Of a stretch of DNA of 64,000 nucleotides, positions 49,240 through 58,826 are shown in pieces. Positions within the stretch are counted from its first letter, which is position 1. Every line of letters begins with the position of its first letter. The notes under the pieces are model-generated. The model was given only the letters and a program-made list of their open reading frames with translations. It was not told the origin of the DNA and did not search any database. The position numbers and the translations under genes are program-made. Source of the stretch: Anthoceros angustus (lineage: Eukaryota > Plantae > Anthocerotophyta); contig VJWM01000044.1 of the NCBI GenBank assembly GCA_010909165.1, forward strand, positions 1,736,001 through 1,800,000. Direction: 5' to 3'.

Positions 49240-49600
49240 CTAGGAATATCCAGCTAACATAGCATTCCATGTCCCACATCTTTTTGCGACGTCCGTCAAA
49301 CAGTGTCTGAGCACCTTGTTAGCTGCGACGCTTTCGATACATGTCATGAAGCAGATGGTACAAATGAACAGATGAGGCTCAACACCACAAGCCAGCACAT
49401 CGGCATGTATGTTCCGCCCAGTTTTCCAGTCTGAACCCCTTGCACAGGCCTGAGGGCTGCGACGTGCAAAAACACATGGCCATCTGCACATCCGATGGTA
49501 AAGTTGTATCGCCTGTGTCTTGTCCGTGTTTGACATGCACAAAGAAACTGGCAGACCATGTGATGGGATCAGGTGTGGCAACTGTAGCATTATGTTTGCT
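49240..49600 (-). pseudogene. Decayed PLS-PPR fragment paralogous to the neighbouring PPR genes
   Basis: VATPDPITWSA..VHVKHGQD / QAIQLYHRM / QACARGSDWKTGRNIHADVLACGVEPHLF / TWNAMLAGYS, with frameshifts. Confidence 0.8.
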
Positions 49601-49946
49601 TGCGAGCCAAAAACTCCCGGCCAAGCCCCTGCTGAGTGTATCCTTAAAGACCTCGCGCACGAATTTGGTAGTGGCTTGCGAGGCTGATGCTGGGCAAGAA
49701 ACACCCGGAGCGCTCAACGCACTCGCCAAATGCATGTCCTGCGAACTTGAGAATCGGGTTCGCTGCTGATCCTGTGACGCTCTGCTGATTCTACGAGATA
49801 GAATCCCGACCCCGCTTGCAGCATCCATCCACGCCAGCTCATAGACTTGCACAAACCGATCAGACTCCTACCCTGCAACCGGTCGAATATCACAAAGTGG
49901 AGGCATTGCCACCAAGCACCTGCCCTACTCCTGGTTTCGTCCCCCG

Positions 49947-51104
49947 TCACCTGGCTGAGTCGTCAAGCTCTGGGAGAGACTCCCAGAGCTTGAGAGATCT
50001 CTTCTTCAGTTGCTGGCACTCAGAAGGGTGCACACACGTACCCATCGCATCCAGCAGTTGAATGTACTTGAGGCCCCCATCCCGGGGCACCCGGAACACG
50101 AGATCCTGCACGCCAGACGGCAGCACGGAGGAGGGCAGCTGGGAGCGCAGAGTGAGGAGACTCTTTCCCAGAGCGGCATCCTCCTTGCTACGAAGCAAGC
50201 TCTCTCGAACCCGCTTCTCCGTCACGTCGTGGCAGCGGTCCAGGAGGGATTCCAGAGAGCCGTGCTCCCGGATGAGTTTCACCGCCGTCTTCTCCCCGAT
50301 CCCAGGCACGCCAGGAATGTTATCCACAGCATCCCCCACCAGAGCCCGCACATCCACATACTGCGACGGCTCCAAGTCGACATACATCTCCTTGAACTCC
50401 TCCATTCCGAAGGACACCAGCCCGGAGCCCCTGGGGAGCGGCCGCAGCAGGCGCAGCGACGGGGAGAGGAGCTGGAAGAAATCCTTGTCCACGGACGCAA
50501 CCCTGACCTTCATCCCGGCCCCCACGGCCTGCACGGCCAGGGCGGCGATGACGTCGTCCGCCTCCACCCCGGGGACCTCCAGCGCGCACACCTCCATGGC
50601 CAGCAGCGCGGACTTGGCGTAGCCCGCCACCTCGTACAGGGCGTCGGGGATCGGCGGGCGGCCCGCCTTGTAGGTCGGCAGCAGCAGGTGCCTGAAGGTG
50701 GCGCCCTTGAAGTCGAAGACAACGGCGACGCAGGTGGGAAGCAGCTCCAGCAGCCTGAGCAGGCTGGCCAGGGCCGTGAAGACGGTGAGCACCGAGTCCC
50801 CGTTGCCATCCGACTTGTGCTCTCGCATCTTACCGTGGTGGATTCTGGCCATGAGCTTGTAGTAGGCTCTGTCCAGCAGGTTGTTGCCATCCACCAGCAC
50901 CAGCCTGCCCTGCTGCTGCGGCCCTGCTGCTTCAGAGGCAGCACGAACCAGGAAGCTTCGCTGGCGGCGGCATGACACCGGGCTGGCAGCAGCACCAGCA
51001 GCCTTCTTCACCGCCACCATTCCTCTGCTGCCATGCCGATGATGCTGCAGCAGTAGCGGCCGGAAAGATGCGTGGGAGACAGAGAGCTGTTGCCAAAACC
51101 GCAT
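49947..51104 (-). CDS. OEX1: Organellar 5'-3' exonuclease / flap endonuclease (Pol I N-terminal type), intronless
   Basis: LVDG..RAYYKL.ARIHHG, VAVVFD, TFRH...YKAGR, GVEADD, SVDKDF, GDAVDNIPGVPGIGEKTA; acidic catalytic residues present. Confidence 0.85.
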   Translation of the reverse strand: MRFWQQLSVSHASFRPLLLQHHRHGSRGMVAVKKAAGAAASPVSCRRQRSFLVRAASEAAGPQQQGRLVLVDGNNLLDRAYYKLMARIHHGKMREHKSDGNGDSVLTVFTALASLLRLLELLPTCVAVVFDFKGATFRHLLLPTYKAGRPPIPDALYEVAGYAKSALLAMEVCALEVPGVEADDVIAALAVQAVGAGMKVRVASVDKDFFQLLSPSLRLLRPLPRGSGLVSFGMEEFKEMYVDLEPSQYVDVRALVGDAVDNIPGVPGIGEKTAVKLIREHGSLESLLDRCHDVTEKRVRESLLRSKEDAALGKSLLTLRSQLPSSVLPSGVQDLVFRVPRDGGLKYIQLLDAMGTCVHPSECQQLKKRSLKLWESLPELDDSAR

Positions 51105-51222
51105 GCTCCGTCTTCTGGCTGGCAACAGCTGCTCCTGCCCGAAATGTTGAATGTAGAGACCCCCGATGAGCTCCAAGAATGTCGGAAGAGAAATCTAGTG
51201 GCCTCAACTTCAATCCAGCGGA

Positions 51223-53523
51223 TCACAAGCGAGGCTGCTGCAGAGGACATGAGTTTGGTCTTGAATGGCTTGAACAAATTGCAATAACGGAAGGCAGCCT
51301 CATCACACTATTCAATGAGGTTTTCAAAGTCTGTAAGCATACAATCTGTCCTCCTACAAGTGGTAGGCAGCGAGCTTCCCTAATTCGCTTCGCTACTCTC
51401 GATATGTAGGCTGTGGCAGTACAAGAATTCCCGCAGACCCGCAAAAATTTCTCACTGTGGATATGGCGGGCACTCTCGGCTGCGTTGTTCAGGCCATGTG
51501 CAATAGCCAGCTCCCCGCGCTCACTACACGAATGAGCTTCCTCTCCAACATCAGAGGCCGCGTTCAGATGTGGCACACATCCTTCTTTCCAGAAGGATTT
51601 GGTAACAGCCTGTTCCAGCCTTCCTTGGCTCCCAGGACGATTCCTATGCCCGACGAGAAAACGATGCACGAGCCCGTCCTTGTCTGTCCACCAACTCTGG
51701 CCCGGCTCCTTCCATGCCCTAATTCTTTTTCTCCTGGCCTGCATCTCCCGTGCCTGCTCCCACATGCGGGCACCGGTGTATATGTTCAACATCAACACAT
51801 AAGCTGCAGCGTCTTTCTCATCTAGCTTCACTGCTTCATCGAAAGCATGGCGTCCGATCTCCACATTGCTCCACTTTCGACAAGCCGCTAATAGAGTGTG
51901 CCAAACTGAAGCATTAGGTGGCACAGACATAGCCCTTGCTACAGCTAGCGCCTCGTCCAATTGTCCTGCACGACCCAGGAGATCCACTATGCATGCGTAG
52001 TGGTCAGCCGTGGGCTCGATGCCATGGTGTTTTCTCATGACCTCAAAGTACTCTCGCCCCCTGTTCACTAGGCCTGTATGACTACATACTGTTAGGGCAC
52101 TTAGGAATGTGATGCCATCTGGTTTTACGCCCTCCGCGCTCATCCTGAGAACCAGGTCGAAGACCGCTTCACTGTCTCCTTGACGGGTGTAGCCCGCAAT
52201 AAGTGCATTCCAGGCTGCACCATCTCTTTCAGGCAATCCCTCAAACACCTGCAGTGCATCAATCATGCTACCGCACTTAGCGTACATGTTTATCAAGCTA
52301 CCAGCTATGAGCAAATTAGCTTGAAGACCCTGTTCTTTAATCTGTGTATGGAGCTCCCTCCCTAGATGCAAAGCTCCCACACAAGCACATGCCTGCAGGA
52401 GGCACACGAATGTCACGGAATTGGGTGCAACCACGCCCTCTTCTTGCATGGCCCTATAAAGACGAAGGGCCTCCTGTCCCATGCCCTGTTGAGAATATCC
52501 CGCGATCATGGCATTCCAAGCCACCAAGTATTTTTGACCAAGTCCGTCAAACACACCCTGGGCATCCTCTAGGCTGCCGCACTTTGCATACATGTTGAGC
52601 AAACTGCTGGCGATAAACACATCATCTTGAAATCCTTGTGTGGCGATCTGTGCATGAAGCTGCTTCCCCTTCTCTAAACCTGGGGCTCCCAGACTTGCAC
52701 ATGCCTGCAGGAGGGACACGAACGTCACAGAATCCGGTGCAGTCATGCCTTCCGCCTGCATAGCCATATAAAGACCGAGGGCTTCCTGACCCATCCCCTG
52801 CTGGGAATATCCCGATATCATTGCATTCCAAGTCACTACATCTTTCTCAGGAAGCTCGTCAAACACTCTATGAGCGTCTTCCAAACTGCCACACTTTGCA
52901 TACATGCCCACCAAGGAACTACGCACAAACAAATCAGGCTCCACGCAACTAGCCAACAAGTCAGCATGCACCTGCTGCCCAGATTTCAGGACTGCAGCCC
53001 TCGCACAAGCCTGAAGGGCTGCTACAAACACATAGCAGTTCGGCTTCACACTGGAGCTGCGCATCCTATGATACAGATGTATGGCCTGCTTATCTTGTCC
53101 CTGTTTAACATGCGCAGAAATAATGGCAGCCCACGTAAAGGCATCTGGTTTGGCAACCATAGTGAACACATCCACAGCTTCTTGCAACCTGGCATGGGAA
53201 GAATACATTCGCAGAATGTGGTTGCACAGGAACGTATCCGACACATACCCCTTCTTCACGGCGAGAGCATGAACACGACGGCCCAGAAGCAGATCTTTCT
53301 TAGCCACACATTCTTTTACGAGCATATAAAAGAGAGATTTGGAAGCATGACAGTCTGTTTGCACCAGGAGTCCCAGAGCATAAACTGCCTCCGAGAGCTG
53401 GCCCCGCTGACATAGAGTAGCCACAATTTCACCCGTTATACCTCTTCCATATCCTCCAGCTCTGCGAGGGTAACGACCATCCAGCACGTAATTGGAGGCA
53501 TTAGCACGACAACCCATCGGCAT
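51223..53523 (-). CDS. PLS-class PPR protein (~5 triplets) with E domains and a degenerate WW-type DYW tail
   Basis: VVTWNAMI / SVTFVSLLQAC / SLLNMYAKCG repeats; KEPGQSWW; CSERGELAIAHGL; KFLRVCGNSC. Confidence 0.92.
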   Translation of the reverse strand: MPMGCRANASNYVLDGRYPRRAGGYGRGITGEIVATLCQRGQLSEAVYALGLLVQTDCHASKSLFYMLVKECVAKKDLLLGRRVHALAVKKGYVSDTFLCNHILRMYSSHARLQEAVDVFTMVAKPDAFTWAAIISAHVKQGQDKQAIHLYHRMRSSSVKPNCYVFVAALQACARAAVLKSGQQVHADLLASCVEPDLFVRSSLVGMYAKCGSLEDAHRVFDELPEKDVVTWNAMISGYSQQGMGQEALGLYMAMQAEGMTAPDSVTFVSLLQACASLGAPGLEKGKQLHAQIATQGFQDDVFIASSLLNMYAKCGSLEDAQGVFDGLGQKYLVAWNAMIAGYSQQGMGQEALRLYRAMQEEGVVAPNSVTFVCLLQACACVGALHLGRELHTQIKEQGLQANLLIAGSLINMYAKCGSMIDALQVFEGLPERDGAAWNALIAGYTRQGDSEAVFDLVLRMSAEGVKPDGITFLSALTVCSHTGLVNRGREYFEVMRKHHGIEPTADHYACIVDLLGRAGQLDEALAVARAMSVPPNASVWHTLLAACRKWSNVEIGRHAFDEAVKLDEKDAAAYVLMLNIYTGARMWEQAREMQARRKRIRAWKEPGQSWWTDKDGLVHRFLVGHRNRPGSQGRLEQAVTKSFWKEGCVPHLNAASDVGEEAHSCSERGELAIAHGLNNAAESARHIHSEKFLRVCGNSCTATAYISRVAKRIREARCLPLVGGQIVCLQTLKTSLNSVMRLPSVIAICSSHSRPNSCPLQQPRL

Positions 53524-54336
53524 ATCCAGATCACCCCATTCGCATGAGCAAGCTTGTACAAGTTGCTCAGCTAGCGGACCTCCTTGGACTCCTCATGCCC
53601 GCAAGTCAGGCTAATTGGAAGCCCAGACTCCGCGCTCACTGCCGGTTCAATTCGAGGATCTGCAGACGCACAGTATGCAAATCACCTTTGAAACAAAGAG
53701 GCACACCGGGCTTACAACAAAGAGTATGCGTCTCTACAGTGACCCAATCTAGGGACTCTTACCTACGGAGTTCATTAGGGGACCTGGTACTTCCAATTGA
53801 ATGTATATCTGTTAGCCTCAGAATAGGACAGCCATGGCTACCGGAAGATCGCCCCGCAACCATGGATGCAACAAGCACCAACCCGTCGCTGGGCAGTGCC
53901 TGGAATCCCTTGCATTCACATGTCTCACAAGTACACGAGCCCGACATTTGCCACACCTAAAAACACAGGAACATGGCAAGAGCCGGCTCGCATTCTATGG
54001 ACTCCGTCGCCTGCCCGACTCCGCTCCAGACCTGGCTGACCCAGCTGCGCCTCCCAATCCTTCGATGGCTGGCATGGCCGCATTGCTGCACAGCTGGTTG
54101 GGCATCAATAACATGAGCGTCTTCCCATGTGCGTACGAATGGCTCCACTGTCAGCTGACACCAAAATGTTTCCATCATCCCTCAAATGAATGAGTAGATG
54201 ACGCTCCGTTCATGGACTGAGCAGGCCTAAGTACTTGAAGCTTTCCAACTCGCTAGGCAGTCTGACTTGAGTCTGTCCTGCTTGTCCAGGTGAATGATTC
54301 TCTCATGGTTGTGACTTCTATTCCAATGTCTACAGG

Positions 54337-57300
54337 GTGGCATGCGCTCTTGGCATGTCAATTAAGTGTCCTGCTCCTGGTGCTAGCCTCTTACATCCAG
54401 AGGTTCGGGGTGTGCTCATGCGAGCCATGGCTGTGTGGAGGTTAACAGGTATTTTAGCACGAGCAAGGAACCAACCGTTGACCAACAATGAAGCCACAAG
54501 ATGCAGCACTTTGGCAGGCAGGCCAGCCCGTCCAACAGGATGCTATGACTCCTCCAGGGAGCAGGAGCTCTTGTGGCGAGCATTTTTTCTGGACCCAGCA
54601 CTTTGGTGGGATATCAGGCAACATAAGAAGAGCTCCCATTCGCCTGACTTCCGGCAACGGGAGTCCCAGGATGTCCTCTGGCTAAACGATGTCCACAAGC
54701 CAGCTTGGGTGGATTCGCAGCTGGCTGTTCTGGATGTTCAGATGGGTCGTCCTGCCGCTACAAGTAGCTGGAGGGTGCCAAATGATGCTGACTCTAGCAG
54801 GCCTGCAGGATACGAAAGAGGTGTAACGGCTGAAACAGTAAGGAAACTATGCAATCAGGGGCAGCTCGCCGAGGCCGTCGAGGTTCTGGGAGTTCTGGTG
54901 CACACGGATTGTGATACTTACAAGACTGTATTTCATATGGTCCTAAAAGAATGTGTGGCTAAAAAGGATCTGCCTCTTGGTCGCCGTGTTCATGCTCTAA
55001 TGGTGAAGAAAGGCTTTGAGTCGGACACGTTCTTGTGCAATTACATCCTGCGGATGTATGCTTCTAACGCCAGGTTGCAAGAAGCAATGGACGTTTTCAC
55101 CATGGTTGCGCAACCAGATGTCTTCACTTGGTCTGCCATAATTTCTGCGCATGTCAAACATGGTCAAGATAAGCAAGCCGTACAACTCTATCATCAAATG
55201 CGCAGGTCAGGTGTGAAGCCAACTGGGCATGTGTTTGTAGCAGCCCTTCAGGCTTGTGCTAGGGGAGCAGACTTGAAGTCTGGGCTACAGGTGCATGCTG
55301 AGGTGTTGGCTAGTGGCTTTCAGACTGATTTGTTTGTATCTAGTTGCTTGGTGGACATGTATGCAAAATGTGGCAGCCTGGAAGATGCTCAAAGAGTGTT
55401 TGATGGGCTTCTTGAAAAGGATGTTGTAACATGGAATGCCATGATAGCAGGATATTCCCAGCAGCGCAAAGGTCAGGAAGCCTTTCGTCTCTATAGTGCT
55501 ATGCAAGAAGAAGGCATGGTGGCCCCCAATTCGGTGACGTTCTTGTGCCTCCTGCAGGCATGTACAAGTGTGGGAACCTCAGCTTTAAGGATGGGGAGGC
55601 AGCTTCATGAACAGATGAGAGAACGGGGAGTTCAAGCTGATGTGTTTATAGCCAGCAGCTTGGTAAACATGTATGCAAAGTGTGGCAGCCTAGAGGAAGC
55701 TCGGAGCATGTTTGATGGATTAGTTGAAAAGAATGTGGTTACATGGAATGCAATGATAGTAGGGTATGCTCAGCAGGGCATGGGGCAGGAAGCACTTGCT
55801 CTTTACAGGTCTATGCAAGATGACATGGCTGTACCTGATTCTGTGACATTTGTTGCCCTTCTGCAGGCATGTGCTAGTGTTGGCCCCTCTGCTTTGGAGA
55901 AAGGGAAAGAGCTTCATGCGCAAATTAGTGAGCGAGGACTTCAAGTCAATGTGTTTGCGGCCAACAGTTTGGTAAACATGTATGCAAAGTGTGGCGACCT
56001 AGAGGCTGCGCAGGGCGTGTTTGAAGGACTGGCTCAGAAAGATGTGGTGACGTGGAATGCCATGATTGCAGGATACTTCCAGCAGAGCATGGGCCAAGAA
56101 GCCCTCGATCTTTACAGGGCCATGCAAGAAGATGGAATGGCTGCACCTGACTGTGTCACATTTGTGTCCGTATTGCAGGCATGTGCAGTTCTGGGCACCC
56201 CGGCTTTGGAGAGGGGGAAGCAGCTTCATGCACAAATTAGAGAACACGGGCTACAAGAGGATGTGTTCGTAGCTAACAGCTTGGTGAACATGTATGCAAA
56301 GTGCGGCAGTTTAGAAGATGCTCAAGCAGTGTTTGACGGACTAGGTAAAAGAACTGTGGTGACTTGGAGTGCACTGATAGCGGGATATTGCCAGCAGGGG
56401 ATGGGGAAGGAAGCTCTCCATCTCTACAGCTGTATGCAACAAGAAGGGTTTGTTGCACCCGATGCTGTGACATTTGTGTGCCTTCTGCAGGCATGTGCAA
56501 CGTTGGGCGCCCGTGCTTTGGAGAAGGGAAAGCAGCTTCATACACATGTTAGAGGAGAAGGACTGCAGGCAAACTTGTCTGTCGCCAACAGCTTGGTAAA
56601 CATGTATGCGAAGTGCGGCAGCCTAGAGGATGCACAAGCTGTATTTGAGGGACTTTCTCAGAAGGATGTGGTGACGTGGAATGCAATGATTGCAGGATAT
56701 TCCCATAATGGCATGGTGCAGGAAGCCCTTGGTCTTTACAAAGCTATGCAAGACAAAGGCCTGGCTTCTCCCGATTCTGTGACATTTGTGTGCCTCCTGC
56801 AGGCATGTGCAAGTGCAGGCACCCGGGGTTTGGAGACTGGGAAGCAGCTACATGCACAGATAAGGACACAAGGGGTTCAGGCTGAGGTAGTTGTGGGTGG
56901 GAGCCTAGTGAACATGTATGCAAAGTGTGGTGTCCTGAAGGATGCTCGGAATGTGTTTGACGGACTTGATCAAAAAGATGTTGTAACGTGGAATGCCATG
57001 ATAGCAGCATATTCACAGCAGGGCATGGGGCATGAAGCCCTTTGTCTTTACAGATGCATGCAAGAAGAAGGTATGGATGCACCAGATTCTGTGACATTTG
57101 TCTCCCTTTTGCAGGCATGTGCAAGTCTGGGCACCACAGCCTTGGAGAAAGGAAAGCAGCTCCATGCACAAGTTGGAGAACGAAATCTTCAGGCTGATGT
57201 ATTTGTTGCCAACAGCTTGGTGAACATGTATGCAAAGTGCGGCAGCCTAGTCGATGCTCAGGGCGTCTTTGATCAGCTTACCCAGAAAGATGTGGTGACA

Positions 57301-58770
57301 TGGAATGCCATGATATCAGGATATTCCCAGGAGGGCATGGTATCAGAAGCCCTTCTTCTTCTCAGTGCGATGCAAGAAGATGGCATGGCAACACCCGACT
57401 CAGTGACATTTGTGTCCCTTCTGCAAGCATGTGCTACAGTGGGCAACCCGGCTTTGGAGAAGGGGAGGCAGATTCATGCGCAGATCAAAGAACGAGGTCT
57501 TCAGGATGATGTATTTGTGACCAGCAGTCTAGTCAACATGTACGCAAAGTCTGGCAGCTTAGAGGATGCTCGAGATGTTTTTGACGGACTCGGTAAGAAA
57601 GATGTGGTGGCGTTGAATGCCATGATAGCGGGCTATGCCCATCAGGGCATGGGGGAGGAAGCGCTTCATGTCTACAGGGCTATGCAGGAAGCAGGCAGTG
57701 TTGCACCCAATTCTGTAACATATGTGTGTCTCCTGCAGGCATGTGCAAGTTCCGCAGCTTTGCATCTGGGAAGAGACCTGCATGCACAGATCAAAGGACA
57801 AGGTCTTGAAGCTGATGCGCTTCTAGCCGGCAGTTTGATAAACATGTACGCAAAATGCGGTAGCATGGTGGATGCACGGCAGGTGTTTGAGGCATTGCCC
57901 AAAAGAGACATTGTCGCCTGGAGTGCACTGATTGCAGGATACAGCCGTCAAGGAGACAACGAAGAGCTCTTTAACTTGGTTGTTGGAATGAAAGAGGATG
58001 GTACACAGCTGGATGGCATCACATTCCTTAGTCTACTAACAGTGTGCAGTCACACTGGTCTCGTGAAAAAGGGCCAAGAGTTGTTCGAGGATATGAGAAA
58101 ACACTACGGCATCACTCCCACAGTAGACCACTACACCTGCATGGTGGATCTCCTGGGTCGTGCAGGGCAAGTGGACGAGGCACTAGCTTTAGTAAGGACA
58201 ATGCCTGTCCTGCCTGACGCTGCAGTCTGGCACACTCTACTGGCTGCTTGTCAGAAGTGGGGAAACGTACCGGTGGGCCGGTATGCTTATGATGAGGCAG
58301 TGAAGCTGGACAAGAAAGATTCCGCCGCGTATGTGATGATGTCCAACATATATACCGGTGCCCAGATGTGGGAGCAGGCACATGAGATGCAGCTGAGGAG
58401 AAAGAAAATCAGAGCATGGAAGAAGCCAGGCCAGAGTTGGTGGACAGACATGGACGGACTGGTCCATAGCTTTCTGGTTGGGGCGGAGCAGAATCCCCGG
58501 AGTGGAGCAAGGCTGCAGCAGCTTCTTTCCGGGGAAGAGGGAAATGGGCCACAGGACTCAACCCCTGCAGTCAGTTTTGATGATCCCATGGCAGGCCGTC
58601 TGTGGCCGCACGACGAGAAGCCGGTTATCGGGGAGACCCACCTCGATAAAGGGGAGGGAACATTCTGGTCCGTGAAAGATGTGCCGGTTTCTGTTGATTG
58701 TCACACTGCCGCGGCCTGCATATTGCACAAGCATGTGACGACTGCTTCAAATCTTCAGACTCGCACGTAA
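54337..58770 (+). CDS. PLS-class PPR protein (~11 triplets) with an N-terminal OSB-type PDF motif and a degenerate WW-type tail (true start uncertain)
   Basis: 312-nt triplet periodicity; LWRAFF.DP..WWD.R..K....PDFR......LWL....PAWV..QL; KKPGQSWW; HDEK...VSVDCH. Confidence 0.95.
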   Translation: MACALGMSIKCPAPGASLLHPEVRGVLMRAMAVWRLTGILARARNQPLTNNEATRCSTLAGRPARPTGCYDSSREQELLWRAFFLDPALWWDIRQHKKSSHSPDFRQRESQDVLWLNDVHKPAWVDSQLAVLDVQMGRPAATSSWRVPNDADSSRPAGYERGVTAETVRKLCNQGQLAEAVEVLGVLVHTDCDTYKTVFHMVLKECVAKKDLPLGRRVHALMVKKGFESDTFLCNYILRMYASNARLQEAMDVFTMVAQPDVFTWSAIISAHVKHGQDKQAVQLYHQMRRSGVKPTGHVFVAALQACARGADLKSGLQVHAEVLASGFQTDLFVSSCLVDMYAKCGSLEDAQRVFDGLLEKDVVTWNAMIAGYSQQRKGQEAFRLYSAMQEEGMVAPNSVTFLCLLQACTSVGTSALRMGRQLHEQMRERGVQADVFIASSLVNMYAKCGSLEEARSMFDGLVEKNVVTWNAMIVGYAQQGMGQEALALYRSMQDDMAVPDSVTFVALLQACASVGPSALEKGKELHAQISERGLQVNVFAANSLVNMYAKCGDLEAAQGVFEGLAQKDVVTWNAMIAGYFQQSMGQEALDLYRAMQEDGMAAPDCVTFVSVLQACAVLGTPALERGKQLHAQIREHGLQEDVFVANSLVNMYAKCGSLEDAQAVFDGLGKRTVVTWSALIAGYCQQGMGKEALHLYSCMQQEGFVAPDAVTFVCLLQACATLGARALEKGKQLHTHVRGEGLQANLSVANSLVNMYAKCGSLEDAQAVFEGLSQKDVVTWNAMIAGYSHNGMVQEALGLYKAMQDKGLASPDSVTFVCLLQACASAGTRGLETGKQLHAQIRTQGVQAEVVVGGSLVNMYAKCGVLKDARNVFDGLDQKDVVTWNAMIAAYSQQGMGHEALCLYRCMQEEGMDAPDSVTFVSLLQACASLGTTALEKGKQLHAQVGERNLQADVFVANSLVNMYAKCGSLVDAQGVFDQLTQKDVVTWNAMISGYSQEGMVSEALLLLSAMQEDGMATPDSVTFVSLLQACATVGNPALEKGRQIHAQIKERGLQDDVFVTSSLVNMYAKSGSLEDARDVFDGLGKKDVVALNAMIAGYAHQGMGEEALHVYRAMQEAGSVAPNSVTYVCLLQACASSAALHLGRDLHAQIKGQGLEADALLAGSLINMYAKCGSMVDARQVFEALPKRDIVAWSALIAGYSRQGDNEELFNLVVGMKEDGTQLDGITFLSLLTVCSHTGLVKKGQELFEDMRKHYGITPTVDHYTCMVDLLGRAGQVDEALALVRTMPVLPDAAVWHTLLAACQKWGNVPVGRYAYDEAVKLDKKDSAAYVMMSNIYTGAQMWEQAHEMQLRRKKIRAWKKPGQSWWTDMDGLVHSFLVGAEQNPRSGARLQQLLSGEEGNGPQDSTPAVSFDDPMAGRLWPHDEKPVIGETHLDKGEGTFWSVKDVPVSVDCHTAAACILHKHVTTASNLQTRT

Positions 58771-58826
58771 TTTTGTCAATCAGTTCACCCAGGATCAACA
58801 TTCAACGAAGCCGCGAGAGACAGAGG

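Noticed and set aside
50010-50995. Alternative-frame and antisense ORFs over OEX1
   Set aside because: Expected from high GC content; no recognisable motifs.
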